DNA of 54,170 nucleotides, filler included, from Jimgerdemannia flammicorona (taxonomy: Eukaryota): assembly GCA_003990765.1 (NCBI GenBank). It is 2 parts of 2 records of this genome, joined end to end, with 100 filler letters (N's around TTAATTAATTAA, not from the genome) between each part and the next. Parts side by side here need not be neighbours in the genome. Positions count along the whole stretch, not along the records: positions 1 to 27,038 come from RBNJ01000670.1; 1 more part is not named here. One strand, given 5' to 3'. The notes under the pieces were generated by a model. It was not told the origin of the DNA. It saw only the letters and a program-made list of their open reading frames with translations, and made no database searches. A program made the translations under genes and the position numbers. Position 1 is the first letter of the stretch. Every line of letters starts with the position of its first letter. Shown here one piece after another: positions 13,211-25,993 of the stretch.

Positions 13211-16200
13211 CTATTCTGAAGCCGAGGGGACCTTCTCCAGTTTTTCCTGCCACTGCCTCGCCATGCCCGTGATGCGCTCGAGTTCGGGCGTCGACAGCGG
13301 CAGCGGACTCAGTAGACCCGACATCGGCGGTGCGGAAGCGGCGGAGCCGTACGCGGGGGTGGAGAAATCGGGGAGCCCGCCGGGGACGCCTGCGAACATC
13401 ATACCATCAAAGAGCGAACTGTCTGAGAAGAAGTTGTAGCCGGAGATGTCCTGCCCAAAGTAATCGTCCATCTCGACCGAGTAAGGTCCAGTGGTGCCTA
13501 GGGTTGTGGACAAGGGCGTTTTGGCCGAGTCTGGGAAGCCAAGTAGCGTGTTGGGGGAGAGTAGTGGCACTGAATCGGCTGATGATGTGGAGGAACTGAG
13601 AGCCATGTATGCGAGTCTCTGTGATTGTACTTCCGTCGCCACCTGTCCCTGTCCCTGCCCCGCCCCACCGAGCGCCGCCACGGTGCCATGTCCCGGGAAG
13701 ACCGCCTTCGAGAACCCACGCATTTGTTGGTGATACTGCATTGATGCCATCTGCCACAGGGCGACGATGCCCGAATCGGAACGCACGGGAACAGGCACCT
13801 TAGCATGCTGCCACAATGCGCCTACGCCCGAGTCATCGCCCATGACGGGGTAGGTCATGTTAGAGGGCAGGGCGCTATCGGCGTTAATGGCGGTCGAAGG
13901 TTCGGGAGGAGGGGTGCTCGTGGCGCCAGTGGGGTTCGTGTTGTCGTTGGCGCTGATGGCGTACAGATGGCGTTTACCGTGAAGTGCGAAGAGATCACGG
14001 ATCATGAAGTAGAGTTTGTCGGACATGGCCCAGTAGGGCTTCATTTCCTGTGGTGGGATGAGTTGTTCGGTTGGTTGTAAATACAGTTAGTGTATAAACA
14101 CGCGACAAAGTTCAAAAAAAAATAAAAATAAAAATAAAAATAAAAATAAAAAAAAGCGGGGAGAAAGGCAACGATCATTAGTGAAACCGGATGACATACC
14201 TGCAAAACTCTATGATGCGTCCCCAGCTTTATCTTCGCTTTTTTCGCCAGCTCCTGGTCACTTGAAAACGCATTCCCCACATGCACGGTCGCAACGGTAT
14301 ACGTAGCATACGCAATGAACGGCGCCGTCGTGACCAACCTTGTCCCCACCAACCGCTCCAGTATCTCCGTGACGGCGTCGGCGGCCTTCAGACACTTCTC
14401 CACAGACTGGTCTAGATACTGCTTGAACCATGGCATAGCATGGTCTGGCTCGCTGTGTCTGATGGCGAGATTCGGTCTATGCAGCAGCACGGCGACTGTA
14501 TTATGCAATATATGCATAAGGAAGAATGTGCCGCCCGCGGGGATCGGAATCATCCGCTCTCCGTTCTCGCGCGTGTAACTCAGCGAAGGCGGGAGCGAAG
14601 CGGCCCACCCTAAGAGAGCTTGATCGAGGAGGGCGAATTCCGAGTTCGGGTGCGAAGGGGGGGGGGCGGATTTCGGCTTAGCGCGGTTTACGTAGTGCGT
14701 CACTTGGCCCAGGATCGCGACCATACGCAGGAGGTACGCATAGACCCCTATCGTCGGCCGAAGCGAGACGGCCTGAGGCGAGGACGGATCCGTCGTGGGA
14801 GGTGGCGTTCCGTTCAGCATCTCGGTCAACACAGAGTGGTCTAGCTGCCAGTCAGTATCGTCGCTGGGAAGGAGGACGTCACAGTCGCGCTCGTCCAGAG
14901 CTTGGGGACGGCCTGTACTGGAGCTGGAAAATCTGTAGAATTCAAATGCGGAAAATCGATTAGGATGTGTCCCCTCCCCGAAATGCCGCAATCCTCACAA
15001 CATCACCCTCACCACTTCCATATGGGTCACGACTCACTTGTCGATCATGAACGTGCACCAGAACACTCTCCGCCTTGTCTCCTGTTCAATACAGTCCATT
15101 CTGGAGAATGAGTCGGTCCCGTCCCTGTACATGGCATCCTCCTTGTTCAGGCCCAGCTCCTGCGCCATCCTGGATACATGCCAAGAGCCATGTCAGCAAC
15201 AGGTTGATTTAGAACCGGCTGCCTGACACGGCTGCCTGACAAAACCATGACCGTGCAACTCTGAGACATGCTCACCTGACAGCCATGCCTGACGCGGATC
15301 CGAACAGGCAATGTAGAAACGTCCGTGTATGGTATGAGAAATGAGAGGTAAAATACGAAAAATGAGATATCACCGCGTTCACTGCTCGGCTTTCATTCCC
15401 ACTCTCTAAACACCCCTCCCGTCTTCACCATCCCCCCCTCCTTTATAAATCCTCTCCCCCAAACAAAAGAATAACACGACAAAAGAAAGAACCCAAAAAA
15501 AAAAAAGCACACACCAGAATACATCCACGCTCTTGGCCCCCTTGCGCACCCATATTCGTGCATGCTCAGCAGTATCATAGCTTGCACACTAGCGAGTATT
15601 GGAATATCGAATATGCGGTTGATCAGCACGCGCGCCTTGGTCGCGTACTTCTCTCCAGCCGCCCACGGGGGGTTCTCGATCACCGCTGGGTGATCCGAGA
15701 ATCTGAACGATTTTTTTTTTTTTTTGTAAGGGGGGAAGAGTTTAGTATTGAGTGGACCATCAACAGTTCATTTGGAATTTGGTCTCCCCACAGTTCAACC
15801 CCGGATATAACATACCTCGCGGCCACGGCCATCACCGACAGCAACAGCACTTTGGACACCTTTCCCGCTCTAACCTTTTCCCGGAAAGTAGCCTGGTGTA
15901 TGATTGGAAACTGATTGAAAAGAAAATCAAAGTACGTGTCGACGAGATGATCGATAATCTCCCTAGGCGGCAGTTCGTCATCGACGGGGGTGAGCGGTAC
16001 CATGGGCCCGTGCAACATGAGGGGCTTCCCCATAACGACCGCGGAGGAGGTGACGTTGTACTCTGACGCGTTGGACGATCTCGATGAGCTGGAGAGCGCC
16101 GGGGAAGATATGGTGGCGACGGTGGGTGACACGACTGGGACGACAACGTTGTCGTGAATAGTATTGGGCCGCAGGCCCGACTGGCCGAGATTGATAATGC

Positions 16201-16929
16201 TGGAGGAGGGACCAAAGTAACTGAAGGGGTCAGACGTGTCGTTGGACGGCGGCGGGCGATCGTCCAGATCCATGCCGAGGAAGTCTGATGGTCGTGGGTA
16301 ATGCGGTTGCGCGGAGAGGAGGCGCGAGGCGGTCGAACGCGAGGAGGACGGCGATGGGCGCTGATCGTCGTGCTCTTCGTCGTCATCATTGTCATCGAGG
16401 GCGCGGGCTGGCCGCTTAACACTGGTGTTGCTGGAGGTGTTGTTGGAGGAGCGGTGCGACCGGGGTGAGGAGTCGGGCGTGTCGGAGTCATCGTCATCCT
16501 GATCATCGTCGTCGTCGTCGAGGGAGAGACCTTGGGAACGCTGAAGCATCCGCTCCATCTTGTCCAAGCGCTTCTCCAACATCTCGATGTAGCCCTGGCG
16601 CGGGCCGCGCTTCTTGTTGCTTGGGAGGTAGGTGCAGACCAAGTGGTGGCGGACGCAGTTGGCGCAGGAGGGCTTGCCGCCATCGCATTTGATCTGAAGG
16701 AGTTTATTTTATTTTTATTTAGACTCAAAGAATCTGAAGGAGGGGTACATGTTCTATCTGCAGATTCCGAGGTGGAGGTTCAAGGTACCTTCTTCTTTCT
16801 GCAGATGTCGCATGCCTGGGTCAGGCGCTTCCGCTTCGGATTTGCGGGGTCTGTGGGGCTTTCTGGGTTGCCTGGCAAAGAAGAGGTCTTAGGGTCGATT
16901 GTTGTGTCGATGTGGTGTTGTCCGTTCAT
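13211..16929 (-). CDS. Zn(II)2Cys6 transcription factor with fungal-specific TF (fungal_trans/MHR) domain, ~973 aa
   Basis: Exons 16929-16789, 16693-15816, 15702-15515, 15288-15276 (13 nt), 15169-15038, 14932-14200 and 14047-13211, all GT-AG and in phase (2922 nt). The binuclear cluster [28 protein letters not shown] spans intron 1. MHR motifs: LVDTYF...FPIIHQATF, AWMYSGMAVRMAQELGLN, ETRRRVFWCTFMID, GRP. An additional upstream exon cannot be excluded. Confidence 0.95.
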
Positions 16930-19892
16930 GATAGTCTAGGGATGGCAGCCAGGCAAGTTTTGAAGAAACGAACGGGTCCTGTTGCTTATAACCATGCCAC
17001 CAGTGACTGCCATCCCTATAAGGGGCGTCCAATAGAAGCCTCGGCATGACGTATCTTCACCACCATCGGGTTGTACGTCATCCATCTGACTCATTATGCC
17101 AGTATGCCCCGTGTCCGTGAGGGCAAATCCGGACTAAACCCTCCCTCAACTCCCCCAGTACGCGTCAAGTCTTTAGATAGCCTCGGAGACAACCCGGGAT
17201 TCCGCAGAGGCCACGTGCCCTAACCCCGTCCTTCAATCCACCGAGAAAGCGCCGACAATGTACGCTATCCCGGTTCTCCCACCACCACGAAAGGAGATTC
17301 AGCGACCCACCCAACACTAGTCCATCCTACGTCTCCTACGATTAATAATCAATCCGTTATGTAAGTTCGATCATATGGACGCTGATAGGCCTTGAGGCGC
17401 AGTGGCGCAGTAGCTCCCGTCCGCAATTCATAGAATTGTGATGGCGCGTGCTGGCGTGGGGATGTGAAGGATGTGGAGAGGGTTGTATCTCTGAATACGA
17501 CACGATATAATGACTCCGATGCTTCGAAAGCTCCATAGGTCGATTGAGTCGGTTTGATGTATCGGATGCGAGTCGGCACACGCGAGCTCGAGTGCTCGCC
17601 AATCACACCTACTAAAATGTTATCAGATTAACATAATCTGATTATCCAAAACAATTGATCAGTGACTCAACGAGTTTGTCAGCTCCCGGTCTTTCTTATT
17701 GCATCATTTCAACTTATTGCAGTAGAGGATTGGATTGACATGTAATTATATTCAGCCATAGGGTTTCACGTGATTTATAATTTCCAGTATTAGTAATCCT
17801 TCCCCTCAGTTATGAATAATAACCTTTTTGGCAAAGGGCACTGCTGGCCCAAAATAAGAACGTGACCTTGGTCGTGGTGACCCGTGAAAACCGTTGCTCT
17901 TTTCGACAGGCATTCGGCATTATTGTCCGTCCTTCAATTGTCGCCCATACAACGTCAACAGTTAGACAAAAACCGAAAACTTTGGCGGCCATCGGCGGGA
18001 AGAAAGCCGACCACTATTGCAGACATGTTGTCAATGGGAAACACAACGAGAGATTGCAACTGCGGCGGCCACCAATGGACAAGCCTCTTTAAGACAAAAT
18101 GAAAGCACAAATCCAAGTTTGTGGTTGGAAGCGATAGAATAGTGTTGAGTGATGGCGATGCTATGACCTTTCTTCCCTCAACCCTCAAAAAAAAAATTTA
18201 CATTATAATTATCTTCACTTGTCTACCATAAATTGCCTCAAGCATCTTCGTCTTAGCATCGGCGCCTTTTCTTTCCTAACCTTGGCCGCACCGTTCACGA
18301 GTAGGTTCGATAGATGTTGGGGAAAAGATTATTCATGAACAGTACCCGAGAGTACTTCTACAGTGGAGAAATCAAAGCTGAAGGTACAATGCCTTGCTTT
18401 CCTCACCCGTCGCAGTCGAAGAATTACTCGTCGTTATGGTTGGGTCCCGGCGGGTTTATGTTCGCAGAGTCACCTAAAGGAAGCCGTCAACAAGAGCGCC
18501 GCGCCGGACGTTCAATGGACAAAAATTATCTGAGACGGTTGATAGGGGTAGAGGTTACGGTGAAAGAACTGGATCGGTGAAAGAACTGGATCTACGGCAG
18601 TGTTGAGAATAGTGTCGAGCGGCGACGACGTCAGTTCGATGTGAAAGCTCAACGTCCTCGCCTAAGAGAATGGGAGACTTTCGTCTGCAGTCGCTGCAAC
18701 TGGAGACATTCCAGAGCTTTCGCCTCAACTGAAGTTTCATGATGACGTCAGGGAAGCCGGACCCGTTGGACATCGAGCAAGAAATTCCGGTTCCAATATG
18801 CGCTACTACAATTTTGGCGAACATCCGGACGTTGTCTCATGCTCGCACCAACGTAGATAATGGAGTTCATTTGTATTCAGGACTCATGATTACGGAGTAG
18901 AACTTAGAAAATAAGCGCTGAATAATGCCATTGGACTTGTATATGTAGCCTGCAAAATATGTTGCACCGATCATTTATTCATGGTGTCGATCGGGTTCCA
19001 ATGTCAGGAAGCCTGACTTCCATCGAGCCCTCACTATTCCAATCAACCGCGCAACGAGCGATCGAGCTTTCCCACGCTCACTTGTGATGTAATCCAAGAT
19101 TCTGAGCAATGTCCGAGGAGCCAGTAGGTAGCCAGGGACCTGAGTTTCCTGATATATTAATTGTTGATTGTGGTCTTCAGCCAGTATCTGAAGAAAATCA
19201 GGCGATTACACGCCCCCCCGCGCCAACGTATCACGAAGTGGTATGGGAACACACGCTGGATGTTCACAATATCCTTACCGCTCTCGCTTCCAGGCCGTTT
19301 TACCGGCTCACTGCACCCAGAAACCATTTCTCCTCCGCGACGAACGGGCAATGGCTGTACTGAGCAAACACTCTGCTGTTAACACGTGCGGGGAATTTTA
19401 CGGAATGGTGTAGATTACTCCATCTTTATCCGGTGAGACTGCGAGAGGACTCTTCTCCTTTCTCCGGACTATTTTGACCTGGATAAAAAAAAACTGTGTA
19501 TATATATATGGTACGTGCGCAAACTACTGCATATGATTAGCGCACGCGCCAAGACCCGGTCATATTATCAAATTGTGAATCAATACTCATGTAGAAAACA
19601 ATAGCGCTCATTTCTGCTTCTAATGAAATAAAGTGGTTTACTATTAGTGCCATCTTCCAATTGTTCACATGGTATGTGAAGCACTCCTTCTGAGATTCTT
19701 CACAACAGAAACCTTACCCAAAATACTAGCATGTATACAATATGGGACATTTTCCCTGGAACGTGAGGGTTCAGCTTCAACCTTGTATAAATATGTTACT
19801 ATTTTATCAAACCTTCCTGCTAAAGGAAAAATAGGCTCCATATGGCAGAGAAGCGCGATATACGGATCTAGACACCCCCCTAATTCTCCGTC

Positions 19893-19941
<49 letters not shown>

Positions 19942-20454
19942 GATAAGAGAGCTTTGTATGTGCGCACAACTTGGCTATCCATTCGCGATTGATAACTGGC
20001 ACTGTATTGACCCCACCAATTGCTGCGATCGTGCTCCAGCGATATATGCAGAATTGTTTTGTTGGGACCGTGTAATTTCCACCTTACCAAGAAAGGTCGG
20101 GGCAATTTCAATTCTGCGGACAGTTTTTTATTTCTTTTTTTATTAAAAAAAAAATAAAATAAAATGCAGGTGCCAAATAAAGAGGTCATCGAACGTGTAT
20201 GTGGTTGGGAAACCACTATTTTTTGCGCAATAATAAGTTAAGAGTGCGAGTATGGTGAACCCATATCGGCTGAGTGTTTTTCAAATAATTTACCGAGGGT
20301 CGGCTACCGAATTGATATGTTTGTCATACTGCAACTATTATAGGTAATTACATCGAGCTATTTTTGTCTAATTTAATAAACAAGAATGTTTCGCCGGAAA
20401 TGCTAAAGGAGCGACAGAATTAATTTACATATTCCGAGTTGATCGATCACTTAG

Positions 20455-20461
20455 TATAAAA
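20455..20461 (+). promoter_or_regulatory. Putative TATA box of the small secreted peptide gene
   Basis: TATAAAA about 80 nt upstream of the ATG at 20539, followed by an A/C-rich leader. Confidence 0.45.
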
Positions 20462-20538
20462 GGACATGGAAAAACGAATCATTCCAACATCATTCTAGTA
20501 AAAACAAGCAACACAACCCGCACCCTTCCACGCAAAAA

Positions 20539-20860
20539 ATGAAGTTCACCAGCGTTATCTTCGCCATCCTCGCCCTGGCCGCCACCAGCGTCATCGCCTC
20601 CCCCGTCGGTGCCACCGACGAGTCACGCAGTCTGGGAAAGCGTAATAAACCCTCCTCCTTCCTCCTCTCCATCTCCTAACCCTCGCCGAAAACGATCCCT
20701 CCCTACTTACACTAACGGAATTCCCCTTCCAGGCGATAACTGCCAGCTGAACTGCTACAACCAATACAGTTGCTTTAGAACCGACGCTAATTGCATGGCT
20801 GAATACGATACCTGCATGGACGATTGCCCGGAAGATTGCGGACACCCCAGCACCTGTTAA
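20539..20860 (+). CDS. Small secreted cysteine-rich prepro-peptide, 76 aa (signal + pro + KR + 41-aa 8-Cys peptide)
   Basis: Exon 20539-20641, intron GTAATA...ACTAAC...TTCCAG, exon 20733-20860 (231 nt). Product: MKFTSVIFAILALAATSVIASPVGATDESRSLGKR|DNCQLNCYNQYSCFRTDANCMAEYDTCMDDCPEDCGHPSTC. Confidence 0.88.
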
Positions 20861-21341
20861 GATGGATGTTTAGTACGTCACAGTGAGGCGATCCCTTTTA
20901 AATACACTATTCAGTCGTAAACTGTATCGTAATAAATATATATATAACCAGTTTTTTTTTTTTTTTTGTGAGAAATTTTTATAATGTCGTCTTGGAAGAT
21001 AAATCATGCTATCCCATATGTGGATGTGTGAAGGCGAAATGACGCAAGCATTGAAGCATCCTGCTCTCCGGGTCGATACGCGGCGCCATCACTTGAAAAT
21101 TACATGGGAGATGGGAGACGTTGTGTCACTAAAAGATTCAAAGAGCATTGCGCGCTCCCTATCTGTGTGCGACGCGTCTGGTTCGAATGATCAGCGGTGG
21201 CTTTTCGACCTCAGTCAATGCCGGACCCCCGCCCGAAATAGGGTTCTTCCACGTTCATATTTCATATTGACTCGTTACCGGCCCATTTCCTTCAACCCCT
21301 TCCCCCCCCCCCCTCCCACACACACATACACACACGCTACC

Positions 21342-22034
21342 ATGCGTCGACTTATCCTCGTCCTCGTGTTAGCCTTCGCGGCCCTCACTGCCGCTCAGAC
21401 CACCGATGGCGAAATCACTACTTCATCGTCCACCACTACTACACCGTCCTCCTCATTTACAACAACCGCCACCCCGTCCTCTTCCGCTTTCCCGGTCCCG
21501 GTTGCAACGACCGCTGACCCTTCCTCCGCTGCCGCTGTCACTGCATCGCCTACCAGCGCCACCGGTCCCTACGCGACCTTCACTTCCTGCTGCGCCAACT
21601 ACCTCAACACTCTCGAGCTCTGCTCCAACATCCTCGCTCCTGACAACACGGAGTCCCAAATTTATCGTTGCGCTTGCGCCCAGGGTCAGTCCTTCTATGA
21701 CGACTGGAACCGCTGTTACAGTTGCGTCTACAGCGGCGGAGGGGCCCGCTCAGTCGTGGCCGCCAGCTCGGTCGTGGCCGCCAGCTCGCTCACGAACATC
21801 ATGGAGACATGCCAAGCCATTCTAGGGAACGCGACGACGGCAGTCTTCCCCCCCCTCGGTACGAATTACCCCATTGAGTCTGTCCAGAAAGTAACGCCCA
21901 CAGGGAGTCTGCCCGTCACATCGTGGCCTGGGAGAGTGAGCAGTGCGGGGAGTCTGGCCGTTTCGGTTGGGAGAATGGTCGGAGGGGTTTTGGTGGCAGT
22001 GACGACGGTGATGGTCCTGTGTTGGGTTGGTTGA
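21342..22034 (+). CDS. Secreted, probably GPI-anchored Ser/Thr-rich protein with an 8-Cys extracellular domain, 230 aa
   Basis: An ATG in good context (ctaccATG) starts the signal peptide MRRLILVLVLAFAALTAA. A T/S-rich stretch follows, then the Cys pattern CC..C..CAC..CYSC..C and a C-terminal SSAG + hydrophobic tail. Single exon. Confidence 0.88.
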   Translation: MRRLILVLVLAFAALTAAQTTDGEITTSSSTTTTPSSSFTTTATPSSSAFPVPVATTADPSSAAAVTASPTSATGPYATFTSCCANYLNTLELCSNILAPDNTESQIYRCACAQGQSFYDDWNRCYSCVYSGGGARSVVAASSVVAASSLTNIMETCQAILGNATTAVFPPLGTNYPIESVQKVTPTGSLPVTSWPGRVSSAGSLAVSVGRMVGGVLVAVTTVMVLCWVG

Positions 22035-22638
22035 GCGAAAGAGGCGGAGGAGGCGAAGGTGTGCGTATGGAGCGAGGGATGTTTTAACAGATATTACATT
22101 GAGATTGTTTATTTATTCTACTTATTTATTTTAATTGATGTAATTGTGAGCATTGAGTAATGCCGAGTATCCGCGTTATCACGTCTCAGTAATAAACAAT
22201 ATTCGCGAGAAACTACTGAGAGTCGTTGTGATTAGGATATCAATATATAAGTTTGTTCAATTGATATCAATTCCATTGCATGACTACTTTGTATGCATAA
22301 GTGATGATAGATTCTCTGCAAAGTTTACTTTCTAAACGCTTTCAATTGAGTGGATTTGTGACATCAGTATAATCCCACTTTTCCACTTAGGTTCATACTT
22401 GACAAAGTCTATTAAATAAGAAAGCAGATTGCTCTTAATTCTACATAGGATCTATTTTAATACTAGAATAATAATAACTGATTTTCTTTTTTATTATTAT
22501 TTTTATTCCAAATTGTAAATTGTTATAAAGTAGATAACTTTTTGAATCAAAGTTTTGATTATAATTTCTGCTTCAGATTATTCATTTTAAAACTTAGTCT
22601 AAAATCAACTGTATAACTGTCTTTTTTATATACTTAAT

Positions 22639-22987
22639 TAGTACTCTCAATGAATTGAATCAAAGGTCCAATTCAATTTGATTCAAATCAAATCAAATGC
22701 TAATTTGATTTGAAATTTAATTTGAATCCTATTTTTCAAAATATAATAACTTGATAAATATATATTCAAATTTAATGATCTTTAGCTTGTTAGATTCCCC
22801 TATATAAGATAAAACTAATAAGATAAAGATTGTTAAATTTGGATATATTTTTGTCAAGTTATTATATTTTTAAAAATAGTGTTCAAATTGAATCTTTATT
22901 CAAATTGAAAAATCTCCAATTTGATTTAATTTGAATAACTTACAATTCAATTCAATTTGAATTGATTTGATTCATTTGGAAGTACTA
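22639..22987. mobile_element. Non-autonomous hAT-type MITE / foldback element, 349 bp
   Basis: Termini TAGTACT...AGTACTA. An identical 8-bp TSD, TACTTAAT, lies at 22631-22638 and 22988-22995 (8-bp TSDs are the hAT hallmark). The two arms are inverted copies over most of the length. Confidence 0.85.
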
Positions 22988-23059
22988 TACTTAATTTAGA
23001 TAAATATATAAATTATTATATATACAAATTTATAGTCTATAGCTGAATTTATTATATCT

Positions 23060-25993
23060 TTGTACTTATACTACTATATAGTATATCTGACTCTCTAAAG
23101 TTATGATATTGTATATATCAGCTTAATAAAGGTAAATTATAAAATTAGAACTACTATATAGATTAGCTTAAGTCTCTAGTTACTTTGTTAAAAGTAACAA
23201 AATGTTCTATAATCTCTAGTATTCTTATTAGTATTTAGTAGTATAATAAGTCTGAATACATAGTCAATTTCTAAGTTAATTTTCTTATTGAGATAATTCT
23301 TAAGAGTAGTAGCAATTTTGTATAATACAGGTGATCTAGTAATTTAATATTTTCTCTCTTTGAGTAATAGTAATCTCTTTATATAGTATGAGTAGTTTTC
23401 TTATATAATTTCTATATAATAATTCTATTTTCAAAAATATGTGATTTCTGCATAACAATCTTGATAGTATTCTTTATATAGATTTTTCAAAAATAATAAA
23501 TAATATAGATTCTTCTGAATCAGACTTTTTGAATAATTTAAATAGTATAAATTAGTAGACTTCTTCAATAGTAGTAGATTTTTCTTTTTAATTAATAAAG
23601 TTATGTTAAAGACTGTTTTATTTATATGAGATTATATTGAGAGACTAGCTTCATTGCAAAGGTACATCTTATACTAAACTGACTTTGTAATAAGATATAA
23701 GCAGATTCCTAATAGTAGTTTTTTCTTAAGTAGTAGATTACTCAAATAGTAGTGAAATTCTTTACTTAAACTTAGTAGACTTTCTGAAAAATAACTTAAA
23801 TGGTAACAAAGTTCTTTACTTAAACTTAGTAGCAAATCTTGAATTCAGACTTATTCTTTATATTAGAAAGTAGACCAGAGTGAAAAAGAAAGCTCTCTGC
23901 TTTTCTTTGACTTTTTAGACTGAGGTTTATTATAAGTATACAACTTCTAAGCTATTAAAATTATATATTACTCTTAGAACAAATCTAGAAATTATATATA
24001 AGATTATAAAGCTAAGTTAAACTAAAGTTACAGATTACAAAGCTGAGTTAACCCAAAGTTATAGAATATAAGATATATGAAAATAAAACCTTATTAATTA
24101 AGATTAAAAGTATATATATCAGATATATAGCCTATCAAAATAGAGAATTACAACAAACTAAATAATAACTATAACTTTTAAATATATATTCAGTTATGAC
24201 TACTGAAGTCTATAACTATATCTGTGCTGACATTTAGAATACTATTATCAATTAGACCACAATATCCTTATCTCTCATAAATATCCATAGTCTAGTATCT
24301 CTTTATTTTATAGAAGTCTGATGAAATACTCTAAATATACTTAATAAGATCTACTGAATTAGACAAATCTCAAGCTACTATTAGATTGACCATCTCTTGA
24401 AAGATATGATTAACCACTACTATAATATAGATATTATTACAATATCTCAGCACTAGAAGCTCATCACATGTAAATATTGAGAACTCTTTTACAAATACAA
24501 TATCTTTATTCTCTATCTCTGAGTTACTATTACTAAAATAGTTACCACTCTAATCTATAGACAAATTGATGATATAGTATAAGAACTTAATCAAAAATAT
24601 ATCAAGTATATCTAAACTACAGACAGACTCTTCTTGTATCCAGATGACTATATCCTACAGATGTCTCAAATTAGATATACTATAAAGGATATCTATAATA
24701 TAATTTAGTTTAATAATAATAAAGTAGAAGACAATAACTCCTCTGATATTGAGATATTTTTTAGCTAAGAATCTCTATCAGTTTTGATTATTCTATCAAT
24801 CTTACCAATAGACTTATAATAGTTTATAGTTATTTATAAGATCTATTAGAATAATAATCATTGATATAAGTACTAATCTATATTTATATCTAACTACTTT
24901 AACTATAATGAAGAAATAGAAGAACATAATCTATATTTTCAAACAACTCTTGAGATAGAACCAATGATCCTACTTCATAAGTATATACTACTATATATAT
25001 TTGAGAGAATCTCATTCATAAAGATTATTAGATATATATATAATATCTTAGTTAGTAATATTAAACCTGACTATATATATTCTTTTCTGGATTCTAGTAA
25101 AGAATGCTCTAGGTGATTTTCTGAGATTTATCTTCATCTCTATAATAAATTCTTAAGCCTTATAGTGGGTTTTATTTCTATATATTATTTAATAAGCTAG
25201 TAGATTATAGTACTATATTCTTCTTCTTAGGATAGTGCTATATAATAACTGCTCTAAGGTTTAAATATATATTACTTACTGCTTAGTTGAAAATTCCCTT
25301 GGCTGATTCTCTGAGTTGAGTCTTATAGATAGTGACTTTTCTCTGAGCAGAGAGATTCTTTAGAGCTATGATTTCTTCAATTTCATTAAGAAATTCTCTT
25401 GGTTTTTCTTCTAAATATTTTGCAAAAATTGGTATTGAGATGGCTAATTTATCATCACTGTCTTCTAATTCTAATTCTGGTTCTAATTCTAATTCTGATT
25501 CAATTTCTAAGTTGTTACTAGAGTTTGAAATACTTGGATATTCTGAAAATAGTATTACTGATCTTGAGTAAGATATAGTAGATCTGGGTATTTTTGAAAG
25601 AGCTATTTCTAATCCTTCTAATTTTGTAATTACTGATCCTAATAATGATTTAATAGAAAAGACTGATAGAGCTTCTGAGGGAAACTGAAATTATATAATA
25701 AAATCTTCAAATTCTTGTATAAGCTCATTGAAGTTTTTAGCAGAGCTGTTTATATTATCTGATTAATCTGATTAATCTGATTAATCTAATTGATCTGATT
25801 AGATCAGATCTCCTAGTGGTAAGTCTGTTAATACTAGTTAAGAATTTTGTATTATACTGACTTCTGATTAGAATCTTTTTAATACTGAGTAATTGATAAG
25901 TTTTGAGATAATTACTTCTCTTTTTGTCTAAATACTGATAATGACTCATTCTCCTATAATAGTAAAAATTAGTATTATATCAAATATATATAT
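23060..25993 (-). mobile_element. AT-rich decayed retroelement debris, including second copies of the 2260-3195 gag-like and 3260-3890 segments
   Basis: Visible alignment to 2.3-3.9 kb, for example ttctagtaaagaatgctctaggtgattttctgagatttatc versus ttctagtaaagaatgctctgggtgattctttgagatttatc. Essentially no CpG. Confidence 0.7.

Noticed and set aside
13330..16939. Numerous long antisense and alternative-frame ORFs over the transcription factor
   Set aside because: Expected shadows of a GC-rich coding region; no motifs.
19958..20146. Cys-containing ORF upstream of the peptide gene (possible paralogue)
   Set aside because: No ATG, signal peptide or matching Cys spacing.
21006..21341. 112-aa N-terminal extension of the GPI-protein ORF in the ORF track
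   Set aside because: It would bury the signal peptide and runs through poly-C and CA-repeat UTR-like sequence. The ATG at 21342 is the better start.
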